A stretch of DNA of 64,000 bases, from NCBI RefSeq assembly GCF_009914755.1, contig NC_060939.1. The stretch is one strand, 5' to 3'. The notes beneath the pieces are model-generated. The model was not told the DNA's origin and searched no databases. It worked only from the letters and a program-made list of their open reading frames with translations. This stretch comes from the human T2T-CHM13v2.0 reference genome, Homo sapiens. A program made the translations under genes and the position numbers. Below, piece after piece: positions 16,864 through 38,383 of the stretch; position 1 is the stretch's first letter, and each line of letters opens with the position of its first letter.

Positions 16864-18584
16864 AGTAGTCTTTACACTTATTTATTTCTTGACATTTAGA
16901 ATATTGGAAACAATTAAGAAAATCAGAATTGAAAATGAGGAAGAAGAAATGTGAGATGAATGGTTGGTTTCAGAAGAACAGAAGCATGTGCGTTTGTGAT
17001 GCAGCCTTGGGGGAGAGAGAGAAGGGCAGCTGAGCCTGGGATATGCTTCCAGTCCTGGGGAGGGGTTTGGGTGGTTGCTGGTGGTGTGTCTAGGGGTGAT
17101 TAAGTTTAGACCTCTGAGTGTGTGCGTGTTTGTGTGTTTGTGTGTGAAGAGGGAAGTTTGGTATGTCCTTGACCTGGTGCTCTGTGGCATAAAGTTACCA
17201 TGGGCAGAGCTAATGGCAGATTGTCCTGGGCCTAGGAATGGTCTCAGCATTGCAAAGCTCCCTGGTGAACCTGAGCAATAAAGGTAGCACGTTTCCTCTA
17301 TGCTTGTGACATATGTGAGGGCTACATGGTTTCCTTCAGGAACTAAGTCAACCTGCCCTTTCTGACCCCAGAGCCGGAGACACAAGGATACTCACTCTGG
17401 GTGGACTGATCTGGGACCCTGGAGGTTCCTGGTACAACCTGTGTCCACTTGGGACACATTCTTGCACTTTTACTTTTCCAGAGGATTGTGCAAGCCTTTA
17501 CTTCCATAGGCAGAGAATCTCATCCTTCCCCCTTGATCACCCTTCTCTTCATTATCCAAGAATTCCAGTCTTTCTGAAGCCATACTGGGAGACCAGAAAA
17601 TTAGATGTGCGCATTATGTTACCATAGTGGCCATAAGGTGTCGCTGTTGTAAGGGTTTCCCCACAATCCATGGGCTCAGCCCATTCCGCCCACCTTCACA
17701 GGGCCGAGGTGGCATCCTACTCCAGTGCCCTAAAGCTGCTCCTCTCTTGGCCACCTCATGTTCAGCCATCATCCCTCACAGTAGGACACCCACCAGAGTT
17801 TCCAATCCTGCAGCAGCTTCACTCAGCCTACCCACTGTGCGAACCTGGCCTCTGTGAAATTTTAGATCCTGAACTGGGGCCAGCCTCCTCTCCTCCCCTC
17901 CCTTCTGAGGGAGTCCCCTTAAGATCTTTTCCTGCCGTGAGCCTGCTTCAGCGCATCCCAGACCACCCGAATGGCTGTCCCCAATTTCATCTCTGGGTTC
18001 CTGTGCAAATTGGTCCCTTGCACCCTGGAATCCCGAGAGAGATCGTCTTTGCTGAACTACAAACAGCAAACCGGAGATCTTGTGTATAGCATTCCCCTAG
18101 AACAACACACACTGACTTTACATTCACATAACCACGGGAAGTTGGTCACATGATTTTTCCCATAATAATGAAAATCTGTTCTCTGTCTCTAGCCTAGACT
18201 TACTCTATCACTCTACATTTGCATAATTCCCTTAAAATGTTTTAAAAATATGCCAAGAACTATTTTTTAAAAAGCATCCCATAATATTACCTTTCAGCTA
18301 CTCCCTTGTATCGGCTAGGCTCCCTGAGAAAGAACACAGTCTACTGGGTACTGTGAGGGGAGCTTGATAAAGGACTTGTTTACCAAGGTGGACAGGAGGA
18401 GGGAACCCACCAGGCCTTAGATGGGGCAGTGCCGTAGATGGAGTTACGTAGATGGAGCTCAGTTACCACCCTGGGCCTGGCGGGCAGGGCCAGGTCTCCT
18501 CACAGCATAGTCATTTTGAATCACTTTCAGACTTTTTAAGAATCCTAAGGACTCTGCATCCTCTTTGGAGAGGCAGCAGAGAGG

Positions 18585-18800
18585 GAGGCTGAGAACAGAT
18601 ACTCTGGAGCTGGAGGGCTCGGGTATAAACCCTGATTCTGCCACTAAGCAATTTTGTGGTTTGGGGCAAGTTGCTTAACCAATCTGTGCCTCGGCTTCCT
18701 CATGTGAAAGTGGGGATCATGATAGTATCTACCTCACAGGGTTGCTGTGGGGAGTTAGTGTGCTGTATATTTCTTAGTGCAGTGCCTGGCCAATAAAAAG
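18585..18800 (+). mobile_element. MIR
   Basis: ..ggcaagttgcttaaccaatctgtgcctcggcttcctcatgtgaaagtgggg.. MIR core. Confidence 0.75.
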
Positions 18801-18895
18801 TGTCTGTTAAACCAAGAAAACACCAGTGTTTGAGCTGAGCTGATTAACCTGCTTCACTCGCAAGAAGGAAGGGCTTCTCTCTTGCCCTTTGATAG

Positions 18896-19254
<359 letters not shown>

Positions 19255-19564
19255 CTACTCTGTCAGTTTTACCATCTTCTCCTTAGGTTTCTGGCGCAGG
19301 GGCTTTGGGCTTGGCAGGCCAGGAGTGCCCTTGGGCGGGGTCACCACAAGGGCTGCAGCCCTGATTCAGTATTCTTAACCAGCTGGTGGGATGCTTCCTC
19401 CTCTGTCCCCCATGGTTGCTGTTCCCCAGGAGGCCCTGTGGTCCTTCATGCAAGTTGCCTTTGGCCCCGCTCTCCAAGTCAGTCCAGGCTAATACAGCCT
19501 CATGCTGAAACTCTTGTGTTTACCTAAACTCTGAGTGCTGTTTGGATGCTAGGAACAATTACTA

Positions 19565-20035
19565 AAGAAAATGTATATATACACAGTGGAATGCTATACA
19601 ACCTTTAAAAAGGAAATCCTGCCATTGTGATAACAGGGATGAACCTGAAGGATTTCATGCTAAGTGAAATAAGCCAGACACAGAAAACAAGTACCGCATG
19701 ATCTTCACTTATACGTGGAATTTTAAAAAGTTGAACTCATAGAAGCAGAGAGTAGAATGTTGATTAGCAGAGGTCGGAGGGGGAGATATAGGGAAAGGGA
19801 GATATTGGTCAAAGATGTTGGTTTCAGACATTTTAGAGATCTGTTGCACAGTATGGTGACCATACATTTCAAAATAGCCAGAAGACTAGATTTTAAACAT
19901 TTTCACCACAAAAAAGGGTAAGTAGGTGAGGTGTTGGATATGTAAGTTTGATTAATCTTTCTGCAATGCGTACATATATCGAAACATCACATTGTACCCC
20001 ATAAACATGTATAATGATTGTCTGTTTAAAAAAGT
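19565..20035 (+). mobile_element. L1 (L1MA/MB-type) 3' end
   Basis: ..atgctaagtgaaataagccagacacagaaa..gaactcatagaagcagagagtagaatg..cacattgtaccccataaa. Confidence 0.85.
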
Positions 20036-21247
20036 TTATATTTCATCCTGAGTTCAAAACCCGTAACTGAATTAAGTGACTGCTGGTGGGAACCAGGTAA
20101 ACCTTCCATTCAGCTTAACTTTTGAGATGAGCTTGGCATTTCTTGATGTTGCTAGGGGAAAAACCTCAGGAGTTGTGTTGTAACAGGAAGTTAAGAGTAA
20201 GATTGCTGATTTCATTCATTAGTTCAGTGAGTTTCTGTAATGAAGAATATATGTGTACCCATAAGAGTCAATATGCATGTTTACTTTGTAAAGAAAAAAG
20301 CATTTCATAACGAATGACTTGAATTTGGCCTCTTGGTTTTTTGTGTAATTACATGTAATGGAGACTGGTTTATTGCTGACGGTGGGGTCTTCCTGGTTCA
20401 TTGTAGTGGTGCTTGTGAGCTGGGGTTTTATCCTAATGTCACTCTACCATGGGAAACGTAATGATCTGTTTATTTGGAAGCCTTAGAACAATGCTACATC
20501 TCTAAAAAATACTTTGACCTTAAAATTTCAGGTCATACACCCATTATGTCAAGTAGATGCTGTAATCCTGTGAGGAAGGTGTTAGTCTCACCTCCATTTT
20601 TGAGGCTCACAGCAGGAGTTGGGAAGTAAGGAGGAAGAGCAGTAAAGATTTTAGGAGTTAGACCTGGGTTTGAATCCCAGCTCTCTTGCGTTAGTTGTAG
20701 GGCCTTGGGAAAGTGAATCATTCTCCCACCTGTAAAATGAGGATATTAATAAATCCTACCTTATAGGTCATTGTAAGGGCTGGAAGTAATAAATGTGAAA
20801 TAGCATAGTCCAGCATAATACAGCAAGGACACTGGAGTAGGTTTTTATTGATTTTTGCTCATGGTGATAAAGTGAATGGCTGAGCTGGAATTTGAACCCA
20901 GGCAACCAGAGGCCACCACCATTTTGTACCTTCTTTGTGTTCGGGTGATGATTAATTCCCACGAATGATGGCATGGCTCCTGCTGGAGCTGTGAATGCCT
21001 TCTGCTCTGGAAGCCAGTGAGGATTCCTGAATCAGTTTCTGGGCCTCCACCTAGCACATGTTCTGGATGAGGGGTCTGGCACAGGTGGCCACCAAGAGCA
21101 GGGCTAGTGACCCCAAGAGCAGATGAAGGCTTTATGTACACCAGAGCACAAGGCAGGTGGACCCAAATAGGGTGACCACTTTCTGTTGGTACAGCTGGCT
21201 GCATCAAAGTGAAAATGCGGGGCCCCTTGTTCAAAAAGCAGGAAACC

Positions 21248-21546
<299 letters not shown>

Positions 21547-22486
21547 TTAAAGGTATGAGAAAATACAACATATTTTCTTTTCTCCTGTGGCCTCTCTCTT
21601 GACCTCTCATAGTGTTTTCCATGTGTTATTTAATATTGTACTCCCTTGGACATAGGGAGAATTGCCTGGCAGGTACAGGCTGTCATAGGCATCTGGGGTC
21701 CTGCTGTGCAACTCCATGTACACATGGCCCATCAGCCTCCAAACAAATACCTGGACCTAGCCGGGGCAGGAAGTCAGTCTCCCCCTTCCATGGACCTGCT
21801 GTTCCTACTCATGCAGACAGGTGGCCCACAGGGATTGCAGCCTCTGTGCTGGAACGTGTTTTATATCTCGATCGGGCGGGTGAGAGGTTCACTCCCACTG
21901 AACCTGGCGTGCCATAGAGCTGCCAGCCTGGGTCAGGGGTAGCCACCACCATGCCCCATCCTGAGCTGCTATGAAGCGTGCGTGCCTGGCTCCAAATCCT
22001 CCCGATCTCTCATTCAGGCTTCTGCCATGTGTTAGAGAAGTGAGTGGCTCAGAAACTGGCCAAGAGAGGCAGGAAGGTGGTGGGAGGTGGTAACACGTGT
22101 CAGCCAAGGCTCCACGCCCCCTGGCATGTGCTCCAGTTGTCCCCTTGGACTCACTTACAAAAACACATGTTCAAAGAGAAAATAATTATGCATGTTAAGA
22201 TGATGACGGCAGAGCATTAAAACCCCAGTGCTGTATGACTTCACTGGTCATATGCCCTTGGAGCCAGCCCTGCCTGGCCATGTTCCTGAGGTTTTTTGCA
22301 GTTTTAATAGCACTAAAAGTTCCAGGTCCCAGAAGTACTCTCAGTCCCAGGCAAATCGGGCTGGTTGGTCACCACACACCCAGAACAAGGCTACTCCCAG
22401 CCTAAATTCTTCTTCAGTGATCTTAGCTAGAATTTGACAACCTAGAAGGAAGCTATTAATTTTTGCATGCATGTACATTTGTGGCA

Positions 22487-22793
<307 letters not shown>

Positions 22794-23656
22794 CATTTGT
22801 GACATTTCAAGCAATATACATTTATTCTACATTTTATTCACACACATATATCTAAGTAGGAGAAGGGGCTTAATCTTCCCAGATCTTAGGACTGCTGAAG
22901 TTCTTCAGCCTGGTCCCCAGCAGGGTAGCTTCTGTGCCCTCCAGTAGTGGCTGAATTCACAAAAGGGGGCAAATCAACTTGCACCCGGCTCTGCAGGAGT
23001 GGACATTTTTGCACACGCCCCTGAATCACTCCCAGAGGCCACCAGCAATTGTACCAAAGAGAAGGTTCCCGTACTGAGGAATCCAGCCCTTGTCACAGGC
23101 GTCTGGTTGGGTGGAGCATGTGCTGGCTAGGGCCCAGACCACCCCAGGTTCCTCTCCTATGGCTTGTAACCATGGGCAAGCCACATCATCTCACTGAGCC
23201 TCAGCTTCCTCTTCTATAAATGGGACTATCTTGCCTCATAGACCAGGAGGGAGGACTAAAGGAAGTCAGATGACTGGAGTGCCAGAACAGAGCCTGGCCT
23301 GCACTAGGTGCTTAATGAATAAGAGCTTGATCTATGCAGATGGAACTTTTACAACAGTCCCACATGAAACCTGGCTGGCAGGATGGCTCTTGGCTGTCTC
23401 CAGGGCAAAGTGAAAAGACTCACTTGGGTGAGGAAGCTCATGAGTTTGTAGGTGCAGCTAGTAGACCTGACTTGCCCCTGCTGTGTGCCGCCTCTGCCTC
23501 CTAGGGCAGGGCTGGGCATGTGTCGCAGTTTAATACATGATTATTGGACAAATGAGTGAAAGATAACTCTCTTTTATGAGTGCTTACTAAGAGCCAGATG
23601 TGACGCTGAGTATTTCCATAAATCATCTCAATTCTGTCCACAAAATCGTGAAGGCG

Positions 23657-23789
23657 GCCAAGCGCGGTGGCTCAATGCCTGTGATCCCAGCACTTTGGGA
23701 GGCTGAGGTGGTATGATCGCTTGAGTCCAGGAGCTTGAGACCAGCCTGGGCAACATAGTGAAACCCCATCTCTACAAAAATTAAAAAAC
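23657..23789 (+). mobile_element. Alu left monomer (FLAM-like) within a MIR
   Basis: Single Alu arm; aaaatcRYgaag flanks; MIR-like gaggctcagagagg..aaggtcacacag follows. Confidence 0.75.
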
Positions 23790-24110
23790 TTTTAAAAATC
23801 ACGAAGAAAATATGATTATATCAATTTGTAGACAATGAAATGGAGGCTCAGAGAGGGTAACTAACACCCCCACTACCGCCAAGGTCACACAGAAAATTCA
23901 AGGGAGAACTGAGATTGGAATCCAGGTGTGTCTGCTTCCAAAAAGTTGTGTTCCATTAGCATTCTTTCCACTGGATATTCTGGCAGGAGCTGGGCTTCCT
24001 GTCACGGACACTATGGTTTTGGGAGGAGATGCTTAGTTCACTCACACTAATAATGACCATGGTAGGGACATGCCCTGAGCCCCCACAATTAACATGTCTT
24101 GAAATTTTAA

Positions 24111-25400
<1,290 letters not shown>

Positions 25401-25749
25401 GTTTTTAACCTTTGGACTTTAACTGTTTTTTGTTTTTTTAAAACTCTGCTATCTTTTCCCTAAGTGCAGGAGCACCTTAGTGTTAAAGACATAGTCCATG
25501 GGCCTGAGATTGCTAGAGGTCCGCACGGGGCCTGTCATGGAGTAGGGGCAGGGGTGATGACTGAGATCAATTAGGCAGTACCTGCTGTGTACCAGGCTCT
25601 GTAGCATCCTTAGGGTTCAAGTGCATTTGAAATTTACTTATCTCAGTTGGATGTAGCCATGTCTGCCGATCTCTTTAAATCCAAACAGCACCAAGGCACA
25701 GGCCATGCTGCTTGTTTCACAACAGTCCTGCCAACACTGGATGTTATAA

Positions 25750-26369
<620 letters not shown>

Positions 26370-26465
26370 TGAATTTCTTTGGAACCTCACCCAGGACCCT
26401 CCCTTTAAATGAGTATTTAATTGGAATGTGGTTAATAATGTTCTATATTGGATCATTAATTGTGA

Positions 26466-28671
<2,206 letters not shown>

Positions 28672-29455
28672 CAAGGTGATTGTTTTTTGTCTTATACAGT
28701 TGTGGTCTTATGTTACTAGAATTTTCTAATAAATTAAACTATATTTGCATTATCTAAATAAGCCTTATCATGAACATATATATTTTTCAAATATTCTCAA
28801 GCCTTTAGCTTTTCAGGAAGCCCAAATAAGATGACAGCTTTTATCATTAAGAAAGTCTGTGAGCCATAGGACAAAGAGCTGGTGGACTCCAGCTTGTTCT
28901 ACAGACATCCCAGAGCCCGGAGGCTTCAGGAAGCAGCAGCAACTTCATGGCCGCCCTCTAAACAGAGATCAAGATTTCTCAAAAGGCAAGATAAGGGAAG
29001 GGATGGTGTGGAAACGACAGGAGCATCTGGGCACGTTTGAAATAAATAAGGGGTTGGTGAGGAAGGGGTGGGCAGTCTCATGTGGAGGTGGGGGGCAGAG
29101 TCTGAGTAGGAGTAGGCAGCTGAGACTGGGGAGGCCACACAGAGAAGTACAGGCTTCTGGGCTGACATTGTGGGTTTGAATCCTGCCTCTGCCGCAGCTT
29201 GGCCCGTTTTTCTCCTTCCTCCCCACCTCTCCACTCAGGTTTGGGACAAATAGTCAAGATCTCAAATTAAGCCTGCTCTTCATCCTGGATACCCCATCTG
29301 GTGGATAATACCGCCAGCACCCCCACCATCCTCCCAGCCAGAGCCTGGACACCCCCTGATGCCTCCCTCCTGGGAGACTGAGTGGCGAGGACAGACCTGG
29401 TTTGAGTCATGGCCCAGGACCAGCATGCTCCATCTGGGGAGGTGCTCACTCAATG

Positions 29456-29461
29456 TTTATT
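29456..29461 (-). terminator. CTSH: CTSH polyadenylation signal
   Basis: tttatt on + (AATAAA on -), about 330 nt after the stop codon. Confidence 0.8.
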
Positions 29462-29793
29462 GAACAGCGAATACAGAAAAGACAGTCCCTGGAGCTCTAT
29501 ATGTGGAAAGTAGTCCTTCTGGACAGAAAGAATATTCGTGGTCCATGTGGTTTGAGTCTGTTAAGAAGGACACTAAGGCACATGGCTGGTGATCTTTGCG
29601 TCATAGACACGGGTGAGCTCATGGTGGAACTCCTCCTTGTCTGTAGGTTTCCAGGCTGGGCACAGAGGTGAGGGCAGAATGTTGGGGGTCCCAGTGGATC
29701 TCCCCACAACTTCCTCCAGGGCAGGATTTCCACCCAGGCCCAGGCTGCCCGTTCCTCTCCTTCTCCGCCAGTCTGCGCTGCGGCTGCCACGGC

Positions 29794-29869
29794 TCACACC
29801 AGAGGGATGGGGTAGGAGGCGCAGGCAGCCAGGCCACACATGTTCTTTCCGCGCTCGATGAGGAAGTAC
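29794..29869 (-). CDS. CTSH: CTSH exon 12 (coding part)
   Basis: cccag|G; [24 protein letters not shown] then TGA. Confidence 0.97.
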
Positions 29870-30655
29870 CTGGGCAGAAAGAGGAGCTGAGGCCCGGCCG
29901 GCGGTCTCCCCACCACAGGCCTTTCTAGAATGTTTTGCTGCTCACCAAGAGCTGACTTCAGGGGTGAGACCCTCTAAATTTATTCATAAAACAGTAGCAT
30001 TCGGCTTATTTGATCACCGGCAAATCACGGACCTGACTTTGTGAAGAATTCATTCTTCCCTCTCCTTAGCTGCCAAATGAATGATCCATATCCCACTTCT
30101 CCCGAAAATTTACCGAGGGCCCCCTCTTAGCCCTGGCCGGGCCCTCACACAGCTATTTTATCACCAGGAGCCCGAGGGAACAGGAAAGCTCTCCTTTTCA
30201 GACAAGGACATGGAATCTGGGAGGACAGGACAAAGGCACAGCAGCATATACACCCAGGCCGCCCCATGCCAGCCTTTTCTCCCGGAAGGAGGGGCTGTCA
30301 GTGATCAGGGGTACATTTGTTGCTTTGATTTCTCAAAGACGGACCCTCCCAGACACTGATTTCGTGCCAGCAGAGTTCCAAGTTCTGAGCTGTTTTCCTA
30401 GCAGTCCTTCTGAGCCAGCTGGCCTCCTGCTCTCCCTGCAGCGTCCTAAAGACCTGGGGCCCTGTGAGGGCTGCAAATGGGGGCTTGGAAATGTGGAGGC
30501 TACATTCTCATGCTCCCTTTCCCCCTGGCCTGGCCTAGGGCTTGGCTGACCAGCTCGTCTGTGGAAGCTGTAACTCTGAGGTGGAAGTGATGCCCCCAGG
30601 GCCTCCAGGCCTGAGCAACATCCCCCTCCCAGAAGTGGGACCTGGGAGCTGCTTA

Positions 30656-30796
<141 letters not shown>

Positions 30797-30909
30797 TCAA
30801 AAAGAGGTGATCATATGGGAAGGATAAAAGCAATGACAGTCCCATCCAACAACGCCTCTTTGAGCGCTTTAGAGCAATGTTCCCCACAGCGGACCAGGGA
30901 GGCATGTAA

Positions 30910-32701
<1,792 letters not shown>

Positions 32702-32999
32702 TAAGGAGCACAAAGCTCTCAAATTTTGGCCCTAGCTCTCACTAGCCAGGTGGCCTGTGTCTGTCGTATCCCTTCTGACCACCTCTCCTTTGCTGTGAGA
32801 AGAGGCCATGGCTCCTGGCCCTTGGGGCTGTGTGAGGATTAACTGAGGGATGTGCAAAACGCCCAGCACCTGGCAGGTGTCATGAAGGGTCTGACACACA
32901 GGAGTCTGGGCCACGAGCCCAAGTCCCACGAGTGGGGTGTGAGGAGGCCCACCAAGCCCCTCCCCACTGTCCCTCCTGGCTCCTGGGACCCTGACTCAC

Positions 33000-33106
33000 C
33001 TGGAGTAGATGCCCGTTCTATACATCATGAAGTCCTGAGTCACCTCAAAGGCAAAGCTCACAGGGTTGTAGAGGGCCACAGCCTCCACCATCGCTTCCTC
33101 GTCATA
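33000..33106 (-). CDS. CTSH: CTSH exon 10
   Basis: [35 protein letters not shown]; cacag| and |gtgagt. Confidence 0.97.
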
Positions 33107-34334
33107 CTGTGGAAACAGGACCGAGACAGAAACACATGGCCTGTCACCTCCCCACTCCTTTCACAGTACAGCCTTTTGCCTCAAGCTAGGGGCTAGAGGC
33201 CCAGAGCAGCATGGATGGCCAGAAGCAGCTCCCCTGCGGCCTCTCTCCCTTCCTGTCTCTGGCTGGGTCTGTCTGGCCATCTCTCGTTCCTCTCCCCAAC
33301 TCTGCTCCTAGGAAACCCTGCACCCTCTGAGATAGGGACCACGGGGTACAGCGTGGACCTACTCATTCAGTCATTCACATCCATTCCCTGAGGTCCTCTC
33401 CTGGGCCAGCAGCTCTCACCCCTACACCCATAAACCCAGAGTCTACAAAGCTTTGCTGCTAGAACACAGGGGTTATAAACCATGGACGGGTAGGTCCCAG
33501 ATGGCGGTGGAAACGAGAAGACCCATCCGAGGGCTGTGTGACTTCTGAGTAGAACCTGTCCCCTCCAAGGGGGAAGGTAGGTGGGGGGAAGTCAGGGTGG
33601 CTTCCTGGAGGCTGCAGCTTTGGAACAGAGCTGCAGAGACCAGGTGACAGCAGCAGGTAGAACCCCATGCAGAACCTTAAAAAAACCCCAAGTCCAGGCT
33701 GTGCCTCAGACCAACTACAACAGTATCTGCAGGGTGGGTCCCAGGCATTGGCACTTTTTGGAGCTTCTGGGTTGGGGGTGGCTGGGTTCAAGTGCACTAA
33801 CCAAGAGACCTCTGGGAGCTGAAATGAGGGGGGAAGTTACCTGTGCTGAGGCCAGGGCCCTACTGAAGGAAAGCAAGTGCAGGAGGGACGGGGCGCCCAG
33901 CCTCCCTCAGTCCTGCCTCCCTAGAGGGGTGGACAGAGACCCAGCTGTGAAAAGCAAACAGGTGCCTGGCAAGGGAGTGCCCTCCTTCCTGGTATGTGGA
34001 CAAGGCCTTGTGAGCCCAACAGGTCAGGGCATATCTGAGACATGGAGGGCACAGAGGCCAGCCCAGCACAGGGGCGATGACTTCTGCAGGTGGCACCATT
34101 TCCACCCCATGGGCCTGCCCAAGAGGGCTGAATGCTAGTTCTGGCCTGGTCGTCAGGGCCCTGCAGGTGTCACCAATGAGGCTCTCCTGGGGACCATGCA
34201 AAGGGATACCTTTGAGGCCCAAATTCACCTGTCCTTGGGATATCATGGCCCAGAGCAGCCAGCTTGAGTGACAGCAGCAACATTCTGAAGAGGGTGACAT
34301 CCTGAGTACAGGATTTGCGCTGTATGTTGTCAAG

Positions 34335-34570
34335 GCAATGAGCCCTGGTTCTGGAATGACACATTCTTAGTTCAAATCCAGCATCTATTTCCTAGCTCTG
34401 TGGCCTTGGGCACATTACTTAACCACTTGGAGCCCCCGTTTCCTCACCTGTCAAATGAGGTAATAAGGATACTCATCTCCTAGGGCCAGTTCGGGTCTAG
34501 AGGGGATAGTGCGTATTGAGGGTTGGTACAGCACCTAGAAGTACTCCATCAAGTTAAGATGTTATTGCTG
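34335..34570 (+). mobile_element. MIR
   Basis: ..tgtggccttgggcacattacttaaccacttggagcccccgtttcctcacctgtcaaatgagg.. Confidence 0.75.
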
Positions 34571-35378
34571 AGAGCTTGGCACATGCTTCAACTAAATGGC
34601 AGCCGCTGTCATTACACAGACATCACGTTTGTGAACTGTACATACATTCGTGGGCGCACACACAACCTAAGCGATATTCCTCCACTCCTCACACACCCTC
34701 CCACACTTGCATGCATGCACACTGCAGTCACGAAGGCGTTCATTCACGTTCCAGTTCTCTCTGGGAGAAGCAGGGTAAGACCACACTTCCCTATTCACTT
34801 GAGGTCAACTGTGACTGGGCGGCTTGTTTTGGCTTTAGAGCTAGGGCATCATTTACCACCTTCTTTCCCTCTAGTCCTGGCGTGAGGCCAATGACACGGA
34901 GCACACACCACCCTCCCTAAGCTGTGCATGGGCGCAGGAGTGCCACACACCCTTTGACTGTTGTCAGCCATGCAGATTGGGCACGGTTGTTATTGCAACA
35001 GAACCTGGCTCATCCTGAGTGACACACACTCACCCTCCTCAGTTTCACACACGCTGTGTCAAGCACGTGCTCATACCCTCTTCTGCAGGATGCGGACAAT
35101 TGCTTGCATTTTACAAGCAAGAAAACAGAACCAAAAGAATGAAGGCATGTGTGGATCTGGAGTTCAGAACCAGAGGGCCTGCCTGCCAGTTTGCGCTCTC
35201 CCTCCCATCTCCTGCCTCGCCACCATCACAGCGACTGAGACCCAGGGATAATATGAACTCGTCAAAGGGATGTGCTGCCAGAAGGGCTGCCTTGCTGGGC
35301 CCACTGGCTATCCGACAGCATGAGAGAGGCCTCCTCATCAGGACACATTCCCCATCCCAGAGGGGGATCGGCACTCAC

Positions 35379-35447
35379 GATTGTGATGTTGGCTACATCC
35401 TTGACAAAGCCGATGGCCTTTCCAGGTTGGAACTTGCAATAACCATC
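35379..35447 (-). CDS. CTSH: CTSH exon 9
   Basis: DGYCKFQPGKAIGFVKDVANITI; aacag| and |gtgagt. Confidence 0.97.
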
Positions 35448-35965
35448 CTGTTGAGGATGCAAAGGGCATGAAATACAGGTTATGGACCCGAAGTCTCAGC
35501 CTCCCCACGCAGTTCAATAACATTTACTAAACAAAACAAGATGTGCCAGGGCCTGGGGGATGGGATAATTTCAGAGAGAATTAAAGCATCCTTGTCCTCA
35601 AGGAGCTTAGGGTCTGGTAGCAGATGGTCCTGTGCTGGCTTTGGCAGAGGTGGGCACACATGGTGTGTGGTGGGAGCCTGAGGAGGGGCCTCACCCGGCC
35701 TGAGGAAACTCACTGAGAAGTGGAGGCCGAGTCAGAGCCTGTGAGGCAGGGGAGTGGGGACAGTCTCAGCCCAAAAAACAATGCTGGCAAGAGGCAGGTG
35801 CAGGGGTAAGGTCACAAGGAGGGAAGCGCAGCCCTTTCAAGGCAGGAGAGAAGGCGGCAGGAGAGAAGGCACCAGGACAAGGGACAGAACTAGAGGGAGG
35901 GTAGGACCTGGCATTTAGGAACCAGCATGTGGCTGGGCCTGGGCGTGAGGTTAAGAAGGGAGAGT

Positions 35966-36268
35966 TGGCCGGGCACGGTGGCTCACGCCTGTAATCACAG
36001 CACTTTGGGAGGCCGAGGCGGTAGATCACGAGGCCAGGAGTTCAATACCAGTCTGGCCAAGATGGTGAAACCCTGTCTCTACTAAAAATATAAAAAGTTA
36101 GCTGGGCGTGGTGGCGGGTGCCTGTACTCCCAGCTACTCAGGAGGCTGAGGCAGATAACTGCTTGAACTCGGGAGGCGGAGGTTGCAGTGAGCCGAGATT
36201 GCGCCATTGCACTCCAGCCTGGGTAACAGAGCAAGACTCCGTCTCAAAAAAAAAAAAAAAAAAAAAGA
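35966..36268 (+). mobile_element. Alu
   Basis: Alu consensus; aagaagggagagt TSD. Confidence 0.93.
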
Positions 36269-37088
36269 AGGGAGAGTAAAAGAGACAGGGAGACTGAGTT
36301 GGAGTCTGGGCTTTCTCCCGAAGGCCGCATGGAGCCTCGGCGGCATTCTGATCGAGGCAGGCGTGGGGTCTGAGCTGGGTTTGAGAGGCCTGGGGGAGGC
36401 CACCCTCAGGGGTCTGGATGGAGGCCCCGGTCTGAGTGGTCAGCGACACAGATGGGCCAAGGGAGTCATGTGAGGTCTGTGGTGGTCAGCAGGCTGGCGG
36501 CAGGGTGGGGTGGAGAGGGGGACCGGCCCAACAGGACTGTGGACACCTGGGAAATTCTGAGGGAGGCCAGTGCTGCTCATCACCACGAGGGGAAATAAAG
36601 GAGGAGCAACAGGTCTTGGGGAAAGACAAGGCACTTGGCTGTGGCCAGGCTGGGCGGAGGTGATGGTGGGAGGCCCAGCAGCCTTGATAGGGTAGGGGTG
36701 GGGGTGGGCCCCCAAAGGGTCCTTGGCACAAGAGGCCAACTGCATGGACAGAGGCGAGAGGATGGCGCTCGTGGCAGGAGGGAGAGGAGCCAGGAAGATG
36801 GGGCAGGTGGGGGGAAGGAGGGGTCCTGAGAAGTCTGGCTCGGGAAGGAAAGAGATGGTGCCGCAGAGCGGGTATGGGGTGAGAATGATAAAGAGGCCCC
36901 TGGACTGGTGAGAGCAGTGGGCTCAGGTGGGTGGAGGAGGGGAAGGAAGAATTTGGAGAGAACAGACAATTGTGAGAATTCCGGCGGGAGGGAGGTCGGG
37001 GGAGAAGGGATGTCTTCCAAGGCTGGGGAGGGAGTGAAGCTAGGCATGCTGTACGCCAAGAAGACAGAGTGGAGGCTGTTGGAGTTAC

Positions 37089-37170
37089 CTTGCCCTGGTA
37101 GGGGTAGGTGTCTTCACCCATGATCCCCTTGTTGTACAGGATATACTCGAAAGCCTGGCTGGGGAGACCC
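37089..37170 (-). CDS. CTSH: CTSH exon 8
   Basis: [27 protein letters not shown]; tgcag| and |gtaact. Confidence 0.97.
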
Positions 37171-37652
37171 CTGCAAGAAGTACACACAGGTGAGCCCACC
37201 TGGGGCTGTCCTGATAGAGGCGGGGCCCTCGGGGACTGGCGTGGCGAGATATCTGGCCTGGCAGGCTGGGGACTTGGTTGGGCATGTCCCAGTGGCAGAG
37301 GGGGTCTCTGAGAGGCCCAGCCTTGGGATAAGACTCAGCAAACTCAGATGAGGCCACCGGAGTCCAAGGACCAGCCCAAACATGCCTCAGTGGGATAGAG
37401 ACCCCTTAAGGCCAGCCGCTCTGTCAGGAGTGCACAGCCCCACACCATGGTCAACAGCATCAGCCCAGAGCACTGTCATCGCCACAGCCGAGCCCCTGGG
37501 CAGGTGCTTCCCAGGCATGACTCCCTGACCCCTCGTGTCGACCCTGTGTGGTGGATGCTGTCACTGGCTGAGGCAAAGAGGCTGAATAACCTGGCCAGGG
37601 CCACACAGCTAAAGCTGGGAAGTGGTTCCAAAAGTGGGTCTTTTCTACATCA

Positions 37653-38383
<731 letters not shown>

